From contig CAVQMO010000010.1 in assembly GCA_963713605.1 (NCBI GenBank), positions 960,001 through 1,024,000 on the forward strand: DNA of 64,000 nucleotides. Direction: 5' to 3'. Under the pieces are notes generated by a model that was not told the origin of the DNA, made no database searches, and saw only the letters and a list, made by a program, of their open reading frames with translations. The translations under genes were made by a program, and so were the position numbers. Shown in pieces: positions 33,712 to 46,151 of the stretch; position 1 is the first letter of the stretch, and each line of letters begins with the position of its first letter. This stretch comes from an uncultured Nitrososphaerales archaeon. Its GTDB lineage: Archaea; Thermoproteota; Nitrososphaeria; Nitrososphaerales; Nitrososphaeraceae.

Positions 33712-36106
33712 TCGTAACTTCGCGAGCGCAATATGCTCTGAGAAAAATAATAATGCAACCTCATGCAACACTAAATACTAATATGCAGATTATGCATACT
33801 TTTGCGTGAAACAGCATGTTTGGATTTAATTATATTGCTGTTACTACATAGACAACACATAACAGAAATGGATATAGTACATTCATCAAAAATGTTAGGT
33901 TATTAGTGAACCTGAATATGAAATTAGTTGTCCCGTTTGTAGAATTGGTAGGATTAGTTCAACTAAGACTCTGCTGAATTGAACTGCAATGAGTCTGGAT
34001 AATCATGACAAGAATGCCCCATTTCAAATTGCACTATTTGCGACAAATAATTTTCAGAGAATGCGACCAAAATATTGAAACAACAACTAAATATGTTCAA
34101 TCAAAGAGCGTAGATACTAGTTAAATCAGTCAGTTGGCATCCAGGCTAAGTTAACTAGTATCTATGTCTTTGATTTTTATGATTCTTGGGAGAAATAAGA
34201 TAAGTAAGAAAGAGCCTATTTAATAGTGGTATGTATACTCTAAATAATTGGAGAACATCTAGCCTAAAAAAACAGATCCTAGTATCATTATTTATCCTTT
34301 TGATTTGATCATATAATTTACTTGCATGCTTCCTTGTTACAGGAAAACCGGAAATGATCATCTTAAAAGAATCTTGCCTAAGTGTCTAATAATTCGGGCA
34401 AATTGAATGGGTTGCAATTTATCTTCTTTATCTGAAATCCATTAGACCGTAAGGGACCTATCAGCCATTCTATGTCATTAGTATCATCGTCATATCTGTC
34501 ATTAAGAATTAGGATTCTATTTATTCTTAGAATGGTACTTCTAGTCTTGTTGAATCATTTTGTTTCAATAGCTAATAATCTCTCTATAATGATATTTGTA
34601 TTCTCAAATATGTATAATTTGAAGACAATATGCAAAGTATACAAGTTTTAGAACGTGATCAGCATAAAGTGCTCTAATACCTTATCAATGAGTTCCTCAA
34701 AAGAGGAACGTAAAATACTATTTTTGTTAATGAAAATTTTACACATAATGTAATTCTCTGCATATTTATGAGATAATATATTCTATGTACCTATGCATTA
34801 TATCACCTTGCCAGTACCGCAGACTAGACAAAAAGATCCTATACATTACTGTATTATATGTGGGAAAAGACTCGCAGACATATTTCAGTTTAATGGGGAA
34901 TTCTGTTGTGAATGTTGGTAGAGACCTCAGTTTAAAATTCTTTGATGCGTTAGTTAATAAGCGAAAAAAACTACTTCGACTTTTCTTTTTCCTTATATGA
35001 TAATAAAACGATTTTTCCTTTTATAATGGGTGTTGTCCTCAAGCCATTCTACAACCCCATGGCACTTTACGCATCTTAACCAAGTGATTATATGACTCTT
35101 TTTTTAATATTCTAGTAAGAGAGATCTGTAATTTGTCATTGATTAGTAATAATTCACTCCTGGTGAAGAAGATTAGTCCGATTTACCGATGGATAGCGGA
35201 AGCGACTTGACTGCTTTATTAGATCCACAAGAGTGACAGTTTGCAGGCATTCCCATAGTCATAATAGTAGGAATCACAATAAGAAGCACACCAAAAACAA
35301 GACTCACATATAAGAAAATATTTCGGCGTTAGACTATCGGTCACTACTGCCTTCTTATAGGTAGTTTCCTGAGCTTCTCCAATGATTAAAGATGACATCT
35401 ACGTTACTATGCAGCCAGAGGAATATAACCGAATTCAAATTTGTAGTATTAGCAAAGAATGTGTAATTTATGCGATTACTGTCGAACTTGCAGCCAAAAA
35501 ACAATTTAGTAGTGACTAAAGCAATAAAATTGGATTTTTAGCTTCTCTATTTATCATCTTATCTCAACTATAATATAGTTTATGGACGCTACTATCGCAG
35601 GAATTATCAGTCTGCAGTAATTATCATTAAGTAGCTGAAAAAGATTATCATTAATCAAAATAGTCTTGGGGGTATAACTTCTGTCCATACTTTTCTGCGA
35701 TGCTTTGGAGTCGTTTTAGTTCATCCGGCGTCATTTATGGAATAAGTAAAAGAGTATGGGCATAGGTACGAGAACAGTTCTCCTATTTTTAATCCTCCTT
35801 CTGATAAGAGGAAAATAGCCTTACTTACGATCGTTTAATTAGATGGACGGAAAGGAAGTATATGTAATACAGCTATAGTATCGGAGTATGTGAAAATTCT
35901 CTAAACCATTAATATCGATGAATTGAATTGTGTCAAGTCTAAATGTGGTGAGATATCCAAGTACTAGTAAAAGTGTACTTTCTTTATTCTACTCAAGCAT
36001 TATTGTTAATGGCTTTAATAGAAAATTATAATGAAAAGCGATCAACTTTCGACTCTGTAAATTGAACAATTCTTGATATATAATTTGTTCGCCGCATAAC
36101 TCTTGA

Positions 36107-37114
36107 ATGAGAATGGACAAATCAAAAAAGTATAGAAATCAAAATAGTCTCACAAACACGTTTGCGATATCAGTAATGATTACATTATTAATATTTGGTG
36201 CTTTAACAATCGATCCGTCATTAGTATTGGCGACTGGGGAAGTCGAAGATGAAGAAGAGAATCGGAATGTTGATGGTAGTATTAATAATGGCAATGGCCC
36301 CTTATCGTCATCACCATTACCAAGTCCAAAATCACAACAGAGTATGAACACTGATATTATGGATAGCAGTACAAGTGGCGTTGCTGATCTATCTACTCAA
36401 TCTTCTTTGCACGAACAACAGTTAGGATCACCAATGGAAAGAACTACAACAAATGCTGCCTGTGGACAAGTCGCAAGCGGAGTAGTAAATCTAACTGCAA
36501 ACCTTAATTGCAGCGGAGATGGCATCATTATTAGTGGTCCAAACACAGTAGTTAATATGAATGGGTTTTCAATCACAGGACCTGGAAAGGACAGCTCTAA
36601 AGTAGGGATAATGGTTTCTAACGTAGACAATGTAGTAGTGAATGGACCTGGTACGATTACCAACTTCCAAGCTGCTGTTCTTCTCAGTGGTTCAAATGGG
36701 TTCAGGTTGGATTCCACAATATTAGAAAATAATCAAATCGCAATGTCCATGACTGGAGTCGATAATGCTGAAGTACAGCAGAATATGATCAAAGATAATA
36801 ATATTGGCATAGCCTCACATTCAAACAGTGGTTCAAAAATATCATCAAATCTTATGAGTGATAATCAATTAGCAGGAATTACGTTTGTTAATACAAAGAG
36901 TTCCAGTATGGATATGAATAATATACACGGAAGCCAAGATGGAGTGTTCCTAGACGAACAGAGCTCTGGTAATACAATAAATGCTAACAATGTATTACAG
37001 AATGCAGTAGATATCAATAATGCCAACGGACTACCACTAAACATTAACTCTAACCAATATGCTGAAAATAACTGCGGTGTAAGTAATCCAAGCGGCCTCT
37101 GTTTCGGCAGATAA
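36107..37114 (+). CDS. secreted/anchored right-handed parallel beta-helix (NosD-like) protein, copy 1
   Basis: N-terminal TM, low-complexity linker, CGQVASGVVNLTANLNC, Asn-ladder repeats, C-terminal C..SNPSGLC. Confidence 0.8.
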   Translation: MRMDKSKKYRNQNSLTNTFAISVMITLLIFGALTIDPSLVLATGEVEDEEENRNVDGSINNGNGPLSSSPLPSPKSQQSMNTDIMDSSTSGVADLSTQSSLHEQQLGSPMERTTTNAACGQVASGVVNLTANLNCSGDGIIISGPNTVVNMNGFSITGPGKDSSKVGIMVSNVDNVVVNGPGTITNFQAAVLLSGSNGFRLDSTILENNQIAMSMTGVDNAEVQQNMIKDNNIGIASHSNSGSKISSNLMSDNQLAGITFVNTKSSSMDMNNIHGSQDGVFLDEQSSGNTINANNVLQNAVDINNANGLPLNINSNQYAENNCGVSNPSGLCFGR

Positions 37115-37286
37115 AGCAGGAATAGTAATAATGCAGAATATAAGAATGAATCCCCCCAACAGCATTTTTACTGTATATATACCTCTTGTATTGCAATACA
37201 AGGAGTAATATGGCCAGCTGGTAAGATGACCTCATTTCCCAGTGACATAACTTATGAAAAAACATACTGGTAGAAAATGAATGAAT

Positions 37287-37333
37287 AATAATGTCAAATT
37301 TAAAGATCATAATAATGTCAAATCTAAAGATCA
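37287..37333. repeat. 24-bp tandem duplication
   Basis: AATAATGTCAAATTTAAAGATCAT followed by AATAATGTCAAATCTAAAGATCA. Confidence 0.85.
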
Positions 37334-38463
37334 AACAAAGAGAATTGCATATCTGTGCGTACAGAAGCAACCGCTGTTATCATGGCTCAGAATTTAGACT
37401 ACTTTGCTGACTTCGTTTTGTCCAACCGAATAACTACATAACTCATTTGCTTCGGTATTAATCATGATGCAATGCATAAATCTGATTTATGACAGTCAAA
37501 ATAATGGCCAGTGTAGGTGCCGGCCTTGGAATAGCCGATAGAGGCAGGTAAGTCACTAGTTCCAAGAGAAACAAAGTCCTGAGGGTGACGGGGTTTCACT
37601 AACAAAATAGACAGGGGCTCTATGGTCAATATTCATGAAAATAGAGAATTCATTCAGACTCTCATGCAACTATGAGCCTCCTGCTGACTGATCTTCCACA
37701 GATATGTCTTATAAGTCCATCCTAAGGGATTAAAGAGTAATTTGGAAGGATGCGTTATTGGATCCATGGGAACAAGAAGATCATAAAAAGAAAAGGGAAT
37801 TTACACATTCCGTCCGTTCCCTTAGGTTCGCGTTATGTCTCATTACTAATCATACCTATGATGTCAGCCGCATTCTCTGGTAGCACAATTGGCCGAAATA
37901 GTTCTATAACAGATAATAATGAGGCTACACATAGATAATTCGGAGTGACGGCCCAACAATAATGTATGGTGGGGCTATCACGGCATTAAGGTGAAAGATA
38001 TGGTGTGATAGCCCCAAATATTTTACCGATCATCTGTATCTCTAAATAGGAGATCATACTCTTTAAGCTCTGCAATAACGGTTTCTGAAGTTTTAGTGAT
38101 GACCAATCTCTCATGACACGCACATCATATAATATGGCCAGATGTAGCCTCTGAAATCAGGTTTTAGTGATATTGATCCATAGTATAGGTAAGAGAGGTC
38201 TTCATGATGATATGATGTGGTGCTGGCGGACGTCGGCATCTGTTACTCTTACCCGTCCCCTAACCTATCCTTGAAAATCAATAGCAGGCAGCAATTAAGA
38301 CACACATTTTGTTGGATGGTTTGGTAGTATGATGGCTTATTCAATGTGGTTAGCAATCATGATGACTGATTAGGTTGTTAGGAATAGGACGGATAGTTAA
38401 GAGGCTATAAACTCAAAACAAAACATTTAAAGTCTAAAACTCTTATTAAATTGGGTTCACATA

Positions 38464-39553
38464 TTGCAAAACAACATAATAGACAAAAATGATGAAATTC
38501 CGGTTCCACAGTCAGACCATCAAAAAGTATTAGATATCATATTTGGGAGATGGAGAAGCCAGATACTTTATACAGGAGTAGTACTGGGCGTTTTTGACTA
38601 TGTTAAATCTGACGTTAGAAACACTTCTGAAATAGCGAACGAATTATACCTTGATTATGAATTGACTTATCGACTATTGAGAGCGCTAGGTTCATTAGGT
38701 TTTTTGAAGGAGGAAGTCAACAGCGAAGATGGAGCAGCAGGTTCTCTTTAACTCCACAAGGCAAGTTACTTACCAAGGATCATGCACAATCTCTCAGAGG
38801 AATAACGTTACTTGAGGAAGGACCAGAACATTATGCTATCTGGAAACATCTGCCAGCGATGATAAAAGACGGTCAACAAGACGCGTTCCTGCGTGAGCAC
38901 GGCTATAAAATATTTGATTATGCAGAAATGCAGAAAGGAATTTAGATTATGCAAGAACGTTTAATCAAGCCATGGCAAGTTACTCTGCTGTTCAAACTAC
39001 TTGGGTGCTGGAAGCACTGGAGGCAAATAATTTTTCTGATGTGACTCATATTTGTGATGTTGGAGGAGGTACTGGACACCTCCTTTCAAATTTGCTTATG
39101 AAGTATCCCCACTTGAGGGGAACTGTTGTAGACTTAGAACCAGTAACTAGTAAAAAGGAAGCGCTATTAGCGCATAAATTAGGTGTAAGCGATCGTTGCT
39201 CCTATGTAAGTGGAGACATGTTTAAAGAAGTTCCCCCATCAGATGTATACATAATGAAGATGATAATACATGACTGGAACGATGATGAATGCGTGAAAAT
39301 TCTCACCAATATTCATAGGGCTTCCCCAAAGCATGCTAGATTATTCATTGCAGAGCTCTTGATCCCAGGTCCTGAAAAGCCACATTTTTCAAAACTATTT
39401 GATATACACATGATGTGTGTCTCATCAGGAAAAGAAAGAACTGCTGATGAGTATTCTATCTTGCTATACCGCTCTGGTTGGAAGTATAGCCAAATTTTGC
39501 ATCCCAGGTATGCGACTGGATTAGTACAAGTTATTGAAGCAAAAAAAGCCTAA
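38464..39553 (+). CDS. SAM-dependent O-methyltransferase (family 2, dimerisation plus MTase domains); frameshifts near 38735 and 38935
   Basis: YRLLRALGSLG, FNQAMASYS, CDVGGGTGHL, GDMFKEVP, MKMIIHDWNDDECVKIL, GKERT. Confidence 0.85.
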
Positions 39554-39661
39554 TTAGACATGAGACATGTTGAAGGTGGGAGTACGTCATTATGATCCGT
39601 GCTAGAACAAACATTGTCAATATAGTTAGGCAGGTATTGGGCATGGGATAAAGAAACGTTT

Positions 39662-40129
39662 ATGTGTACACAAGGAGAGAATCATTTTCTATGCAGGACA
39701 AGCAAGGCACTGCGGGTTCATCAACAAAAACACAAGGCTTGGTACCTAGGGCTCTGGGGCGTTAGATATCAGGTCAATGATGTTCAGCGCTCGATTGCAT
39801 TCTACACGCAGACGCTTGGTTTCAATCTGGACCAGCAAAACCTGCCCGCTTTTGGTCAGGTTTCAATTGGCGACCTCAAACTGATCCTCAGCGGTCCCGG
39901 GGCTTCGGGTTCTCGGCCTATGCCCGATGGTCATCAGCAAGAGCCGGGCGGATGGAATCGCATAGTCCTTCTAGTGCAAGATTTGCCAGCACGCATTGCC
40001 CACCTCAAGAATCAAGGAGTGCACTTTAGAAATGAGATGCAAGTCGGTCCTGGTGGCAGACAGATTCAGGTGGAAGATCCTGATGGCAATCCGATTGAGT
40101 TGTTCGAGCCCATACGGGCTACTTTATAA
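39662..40129 (+). CDS. VOC/glyoxalase family protein, bacterial-type core from ~39750
   Basis: VRYQVNDVQRSIAFY, SGSRPMPDG.QQEPGGWNRI, GPGGRQIQVEDPDGNPIELFEP; start uncertain. Confidence 0.85.
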   Translation: MCTQGENHFLCRTSKALRVHQQKHKAWYLGLWGVRYQVNDVQRSIAFYTQTLGFNLDQQNLPAFGQVSIGDLKLILSGPGASGSRPMPDGHQQEPGGWNRIVLLVQDLPARIAHLKNQGVHFRNEMQVGPGGRQIQVEDPDGNPIELFEPIRATL

Positions 40130-40474
40130 CGCTGTACTTTATATCTTACGTTCAAAGTTATCCATGACCCTAGTGGAACCAGAAAGCGGAACACTTCGTT
40201 TGTATTAACAACAAAGTTGGGAAAACGGAATTGAATACTGAAGAGAATATTGAAAGAGCGTCTGAACAGATTTAAGCAGTCAAGGTCTTATAATGTATCG
40301 CTTACGCTTTAAGATTTGCTACTCTGTTTCTAGATTGTAAGACCATCATGATAGTCCGGCTAAATGCATTTCATTATCTTAATAAATTCACGAACTCTCT
40401 GCACGTCAGTTTCACTTTAGCACAAATCGAATAAATAAAACTTCTAATTGACCACCATTCACCTACCTGTACTT

Positions 40475-41626
40475 TCACATTTTTAGATTTAGGGCATTTG
40501 GATGAACTTGAAATATTGCGGGCAGAATTCCAATAGGTTCACCATCTATAACGACCATAACATCTTTTTTTTCCTGCTCCACTGATTTCATAGAGAGCTT
40601 CTTTGCCCTAGTATACAACATGTTACCGTCATCAGTATACTCGTCACCATTATTTTTGTTACTATTGTCCTCTCCTCTCATTTTCACAAATTCGTCCAAC
40701 ATTTTCAGACTTCCTGAATTCTTCAGTACGACTACATCCAATAATCCATCTGAAATATGTGCCTTCGACGCGGCCATGAATCCTCCTCCGAGAAATCTAC
40801 CGTTAGCTATAACTGCCATTGTCATCGTTGTAATAAGCTTCTTACGTCCTTCATCGACAGAAAGCTCACAGACGTTACTGGAATATGTTGGAATCGTAGC
40901 AATCATGCTGGTAATTGTGGATAATATACGACTCTTTACTGTATCTCTAATCTTTTTTGATTTATCTATAATCTCTGCTCCTACTCCTATTTCAGCTGCA
41001 TTAAGAAAAATCCGAGGAGAATCCGAATCTGATACAATATTGCTGTCTATTATATCATTTTCCGAGATACGAGTGACTGCTGCGCTTATAACATCAATTT
41101 TTACTGGGTTACCATTGACAATCCTCTGACAACAATCTTCCAGTTGAGAAGGAAGATCTAATGGTTTGGCTAGAACATTCCTCGTTCCACATGGCACTAT
41201 AGCCATAAACGCATTAGGATTTACTGGTTCTAACACGTGTTGTATTTCTCCCTCGTGTACTTCAGATGTACCGTCATTTATGGATGCATTAGAATCATTG
41301 CCTACTCTTCCTCTTCTGCGTTCTTCGTTTACAGTAATGGAGAAAAATCCATTTGCAACCTCATTTATCAACCCATCCCCTCCAATAGCAACAATATTCT
41401 TAAACCCATTTTTCAAAAATCCTCTAGTCAAAATAATGCCATCTCCTGATTTCTTGGTAAATGCAACTTTTGGGCTCTCACCAAAAATATTTTTTATTTG
41501 GGCATATAGGTTGTCCCAGTTTTTTCCAGTCGTCCCACTACCTGAACTTGGATTGACCACCAAGACAGTTTCCCCATTATTCTCGCCACCGCTCTGATAA
41601 GAACCGTCCGCACTTTTGTCGAGCAT
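40475..41626 (-). CDS. diacylglycerol kinase family lipid kinase (YegS/DAGK-like)
   Basis: VVNPSSGSG, AIGGDGLINEVANG, PCGTRNVLA, ANGRFLGGG, DGLLDVV, IDGE. Confidence 0.88.
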   Translation of the reverse strand: MLDKSADGSYQSGGENNGETVLVVNPSSGSGTTGKNWDNLYAQIKNIFGESPKVAFTKKSGDGIILTRGFLKNGFKNIVAIGGDGLINEVANGFFSITVNEERRRGRVGNDSNASINDGTSEVHEGEIQHVLEPVNPNAFMAIVPCGTRNVLAKPLDLPSQLEDCCQRIVNGNPVKIDVISAAVTRISENDIIDSNIVSDSDSPRIFLNAAEIGVGAEIIDKSKKIRDTVKSRILSTITSMIATIPTYSSNVCELSVDEGRKKLITTMTMAVIANGRFLGGGFMAASKAHISDGLLDVVVLKNSGSLKMLDEFVKMRGEDNSNKNNGDEYTDDGNMLYTRAKKLSMKSVEQEKKDVMVVIDGEPIGILPAIFQVHPNALNLKM

Positions 41627-41954
41627 ATCAGATATAGAGTTTCGGTAGCGGGAGTTTATACTTATTGATAGGCGATAGCAAATAGAAAGAGCTATCTAGC
41701 AACAATTCCACATATGTAATATGCAAGTATTAAGCAAACACGATAAAGAGTAACTAGCAATTAAGCTGTATTAAGAGGGGGGGTCGTCTCTTAATTTCTA
41801 TTGACATTTAAAAGACCTTATTTAAGTTTTCAAAGTCCAACGGAACAGTATTGAATATTGATGCTAAAGAGTTACTATTATCGATGAACTAGATTGAGTC
41901 CGGCTATAATGGCATTTGATTCAATGAGTTTTAATTGATATATTTAACTTGCGA

Positions 41955-42365
41955 TTAATTCTTTACTGTTTCAGCCACTAGACCAGTTAAGAGATCTGTG
42001 TCAAATGGTTTTTGTATGTATTTTGATATGTAACTACCGTTTTCTAATTCTTTTACGAGTTCATCATCTACATTGTATGCTGAGATGAGAATTATTTTGG
42101 TTCCGCTGTATTCTTTTATCTTGCGAGCAACAGAATCACCCATCATGTCACCCAGTTTATAATCCAATAGTACCAGATGGATCTTATTACCCCGATTTGT
42201 TTCCTCTATGTACTTTTCAATGCACTCTTCGCCAGACTCTGTCAGTATTGTATTATATTTTGAATTAAATATTAGATCAAACGATAAAAGCACATCTGGT
42301 TCATCATCACATATCATTATCGTTTTCTTTTTTCTTTCAAAATTAGTTTGATCATCATAAGTCAA
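41955..42365 (-). CDS. stand-alone response regulator (REC)
   Basis: IMICDDEPDV, LVLLDYKLGDMMG, LISAY, QKPF; likely TTG start at 42365 (the longer ORF-track start looks spurious). Confidence 0.85.
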   Translation of the reverse strand: MTYDDQTNFERKKKTIMICDDEPDVLLSFDLIFNSKYNTILTESGEECIEKYIEETNRGNKIHLVLLDYKLGDMMGDSVARKIKEYSGTKIILISAYNVDDELVKELENGSYISKYIQKPFDTDLLTGLVAETVKN

Positions 42366-42591
42366 ATTCGAATGTGTGACTACAAACTTTGGTACACTAT
42401 TATAAAGACTTTGACAACCAAAGTTCATGTTCTTATTATTAAAATACCAATTCCACGTCACCTTCACCAAGTTCCATATACAACTGTGTGCATCTTTATG
42501 ATTATACCAATGCTGGCGAGCCATACAAGTAAGGATTGCAAGAAAAAATCGAAAATAGATAAAAACGACCCTGCCTAAGCCGAAATAACAA

Positions 42592-42771
42592 CTGACATTG
42601 AGTCTGAATTGTAAAGAAGCTGGCGACCCAGTATGTACACATACCATGTATGGCGAAACTGAAGAAGAACTTCTGGCCAATGCTAAGAAATATGGAATGG
42701 AAGTGCCGGGTACAAATAAAAAACATGGAATGAAGTCGCAAAGAATGCAAAAACTTCCGGAAACTAGCTAA
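42592..42771 (+). pseudogene. DUF1059-like small metal-binding protein, degenerate
   Basis: LSLNCKEAGDPVCTHTMYGETEEELLANAKKYGMEV; no ATG, and the C-terminus diverges. Confidence 0.55.
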
Positions 42772-42983
42772 GACTACATAGGCGAGTGTTTAGAACTGAA
42801 AGAGCTAGAAAGCTCCGTTCACATTTTTTATTTAAAATGGTCATTTAGACTGCCTGATTGCTTAACTGATCCATTCGGTTAGGCCCTTCTATGTACATGC
42901 TTAACTTAATTTTTCAAAGATGCAATCATGGCTAGTAATGATTAATTGACCGATGTGATTGAATTCATGAAAGGTGTGACAAA

Positions 42984-44483
42984 ATGAGGTGCGAGAGCCC
43001 TGTCATGAATCAGATCCTTGATGCTTACAGACCAATGTGGTCGCTAAAACATGCCATTTCTCTAATGGGCTGGGACTTTGAGACTTATATGCCTAGGGAA
43101 GGCACAGAAGAAAGAGGAGTGGCCGATTCTCAACTTCATATGCTGCATAAGGATCTTCTGCTAAACAAAGATTTTGTTGGTCTTGTTGAGTCAGCGAAGA
43201 AACTGGAGAGGCTTAGCGACTTAGAGAAGGGAATTGTACGGGTACTCAACAGGGAAATAACCAAGCAGATTAATATACCCAAAGAGTTAACTGAAGCAGA
43301 ATCTCTGGAAAGAATAAGGGGAAACATAGCATGGAGGGAAGCGAGAGAAAAATCTGCTTTCAAGATGTATGAAACCCACTTGAAGAAAATGATAGAAATA
43401 AAGAAGCAAATCGCTGAGAAGATAGGTTATAAAAAGCATCCATATGATGCGCTTTTGGATACCTTCGAAGAAGAGCTTACAGTGGATGACTTGGATAGAG
43501 TATTCGGTGCATTGACTCCACGTATTCAGAAGATTCTGAAAAAACTCGTAGATTCAGGCAGCCCATTTTGCAAAGAGAGCAAACTTGGAAAATCAAAGTA
43601 TGATATCCAAAAAGTTGATGAGCTCAATCGTGATATTTTGACTCTCCTGCAATACGACATGAAACGTTTTAGAATGGATGTATCTACTCATCCTTTCACT
43701 GAGGCTGTGGGCCTCAACGACGTCAGAATAACTACCCGGTATGAAGGGACTGATTTCAAAAAGTCGATATCCAGTACTATTCATGAAGCTGGTCATGCCT
43801 TGTATAATCTGCAATGCGATCAGTCATTGTCTGTTACTCCTCTTGAAGGCGGATCTTCGCTCGCGCTCCATGAATCTCAGTCAAGGTTTTGGGAGAATAT
43901 TGTGGGCAGAGGCCTGCCTTTTGTTCAATTGATAGCTCCTTTGATTAGAAAGCAAGTAAGTTTCGCAAACCAAGCAACAGCTGACGAACTGTACCTATAT
44001 TTCAATAATGTCAAGGCTGATTACATACGAGTTGACGCCGACGAAGTTACTTACAATCTCCATATAGCAATAAGATATGAGATAGAGAAAAAAATATTTG
44101 GAGATGAGCTCGGCGTCTCTGAGATTCCTGAATTCTGGAACGATAGAATGGAGCAGTTGCTTGGAGTGAGACCAACTAAGGATTCACAGGGAGTGCTTCA
44201 AGATACACATTGGAGCAGTGGCCTTTTTGGCTATTTCCCAACTTACACTTTGGGAAACTTGATTTCAGCGATCATTGCTTCAAAGATGTGCAAAGATCTG
44301 GAGGGCTACGAGGAAGACATTAAGAAGGGTAATTTCGAGCCTATTAGGAAATGGTTAAGATTAAAAATACACCAGTATGGATCTGTTTATGCCCCCAAAG
44401 TACTTCTTAGTAATACCTTAAATGAAGGCTATAACCCGGATTACTTTGTTACCTACATAGAGACTAAATACCTTGGGTTCTAA
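42984..44483 (+). CDS. M32 family carboxypeptidase (carboxypeptidase Taq-like)
   Basis: HPF, DVRITTRY, HEAGH, HESQSRFWEN, IRVDADE, GLFGYFPTYTLG. Confidence 0.93.
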   Translation: MRCESPVMNQILDAYRPMWSLKHAISLMGWDFETYMPREGTEERGVADSQLHMLHKDLLLNKDFVGLVESAKKLERLSDLEKGIVRVLNREITKQINIPKELTEAESLERIRGNIAWREAREKSAFKMYETHLKKMIEIKKQIAEKIGYKKHPYDALLDTFEEELTVDDLDRVFGALTPRIQKILKKLVDSGSPFCKESKLGKSKYDIQKVDELNRDILTLLQYDMKRFRMDVSTHPFTEAVGLNDVRITTRYEGTDFKKSISSTIHEAGHALYNLQCDQSLSVTPLEGGSSLALHESQSRFWENIVGRGLPFVQLIAPLIRKQVSFANQATADELYLYFNNVKADYIRVDADEVTYNLHIAIRYEIEKKIFGDELGVSEIPEFWNDRMEQLLGVRPTKDSQGVLQDTHWSSGLFGYFPTYTLGNLISAIIASKMCKDLEGYEEDIKKGNFEPIRKWLRLKIHQYGSVYAPKVLLSNTLNEGYNPDYFVTYIETKYLGF

Positions 44484-45310
44484 AGCCTAGCCTATTTGAT
44501 TAAAATTATATTTTAACTCTTCTTATACTATTTTTTTATGATTTCTTTTGCAAGAAGTGGGTACTTCGCGGATAATCTTAAAGTCTAGACAATAGAATCC
44601 GATTACACGCAGGAATCTAATCTCATCCAGTCTATTCCTACTGTGGTAAGAATAGTCAGCTATGTTGATAATACTAAGTGATTTGACGCATTAATTTTAA
44701 TAAAATTTGTTAACAAAAAGTTATTCATCTAATATAATACGATTCTACATGCTAGAAGAAATAACCAAGGCTAAAACTAGCCCTCCTTTGAAAGGGAATA
44801 ACCTGAAGGTACTTAGGTTCAATGAGTAATCTAATCCCCTATCAGGATGTAGACACAGTCTGTCGAAAAATATAGCGTGTATGCTATTGAAGAAAGTAAT
44901 GTTAATGCCATTAAAAATGCAGTCAAATTTAGTTTGCGCTATTTCTTACTCATTTCTTAATGCAATTACAAATTTGGTTGCAAAGATTAAATGTATTCGA
45001 CGACAATTTCATGCGTTTAGAAGAGGGAGTTGCCAACAACCTAAGGTATTTGTGAAGATAAAATAGATAAATTCTTAAAGTCTCTGACGAGATCTAAAGC
45101 CAGCCAAAAAGATTGCCCAGATCTGTTATATGATAGATAGACAGAAGGTAAATTGTTTAAGTTTGTCCTATTAGGTCTTCAGCGAACCGATTGAACACGA
45201 ATTGGAATCAAAATAATGTTTCAGGTGTTGTAGGCGAAAGGACCGAAATGACAGATTTCATATTAAGGCATGACGTTAATATTTTGATTCAACAGCCAGA
45301 TTTAGATTGC

Positions 45311-46021
45311 TTATGCGAATATTTTCTTACGTGCAACCATCTCATTCTCAAGAAGATTACTCTGATATTGGATACTCCTTTGTAAATAATGATTATTCCG
45401 AAGATCATCGTCATTATACAGAGTAATACCATTGATTTCGGAAGAGTATTTTCTTGTTGTGAAATTTCTAGATGGATCATCGACGTCAACCAAATTGCAA
45501 TGAATCAAATGATATATTAGTTTGGCAGGTTTGTAAAATACCCTTTCTATGTACCTTTCCCTAATGAAATCTGGCTTTTCAAAATGCTTTTCAAATATTT
45601 TGATGCCATAAACATCTGGTGTATCCTTCATTTTATCATTGATAGGAGCACCAGTTTTGTATTCTTTAATCTTGGCAAGATTTTTAGAAAACTCATTTGC
45701 GTCTATAATCGCATACTCGTCTGAATCAATAACTAGAAGAAAATCTATCTCTTTGGTACCGGCAATTTCAAGATACTTGTTTCTCTTATCTATTTCAGTA
45801 AGGTTAGGGTAGCTATAATAAATTGCATTAGGAAATGATTCTACAACTTTTCTTGAATTATCAATACTGAGATCATGATCGTCATCAAAATGCTTGAACT
45901 TTCCATCGATTGCGATTATGAGATCGACATATGATTGTATGGAACTCAGACATCTCTGAAGTCCTTTCTCATCATCAAAGAATACAATTCCAGCAGCAGT
46001 TGTTACTATTTGGTTATTCAT
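45311..46021 (-). CDS. GT-A fold (family 2-like) glycosyltransferase
   Basis: IVFFDDEKGLQRCLSSI..VDLIIAIDG, EIDKRNKYL, FLLVIDSDE (DxD). Confidence 0.7.
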   Translation of the reverse strand: MNNQIVTTAAGIVFFDDEKGLQRCLSSIQSYVDLIIAIDGKFKHFDDDHDLSIDNSRKVVESFPNAIYYSYPNLTEIDKRNKYLEIAGTKEIDFLLVIDSDEYAIIDANEFSKNLAKIKEYKTGAPINDKMKDTPDVYGIKIFEKHFEKPDFIRERYIERVFYKPAKLIYHLIHCNLVDVDDPSRNFTTRKYSSEINGITLYNDDDLRNNHYLQRSIQYQSNLLENEMVARKKIFA

Positions 46022-46151
46022 ACAGGTTAAAGAGATTTCTAGTATACTGACAAAAATACTGTTTAATCAATGTGTACATATTTTTGCTAGCTATTATTCT
46101 ACTTCCTTGAGGTAGAAAAAATTGTAAATGGGGTGCTGCTTGTTATTCTTA

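Noticed and set aside
9875..37333. Short tandem repeats (9875, 10239, 18625, 25716, 37287) as CRISPR or iteron arrays
   Set aside because: Only 2-3 units each, no unique spacers and no cas genes; consistent with slippage duplications.
19524..40129. Integron cassette array explaining the foreign genes
   Set aside because: No attC-like RYYYAAC...GTTRRRY sites after the genes, mixed orientation across the window, wide spacing and no IntI.
42366..42750. Long N-terminal extension of the REC ORF (to 42680) and ORF 42502..42750
   Set aside because: Unnatural composition and overlap with the DUF1059-like relic on the other strand; the REC domain starts near 42365.
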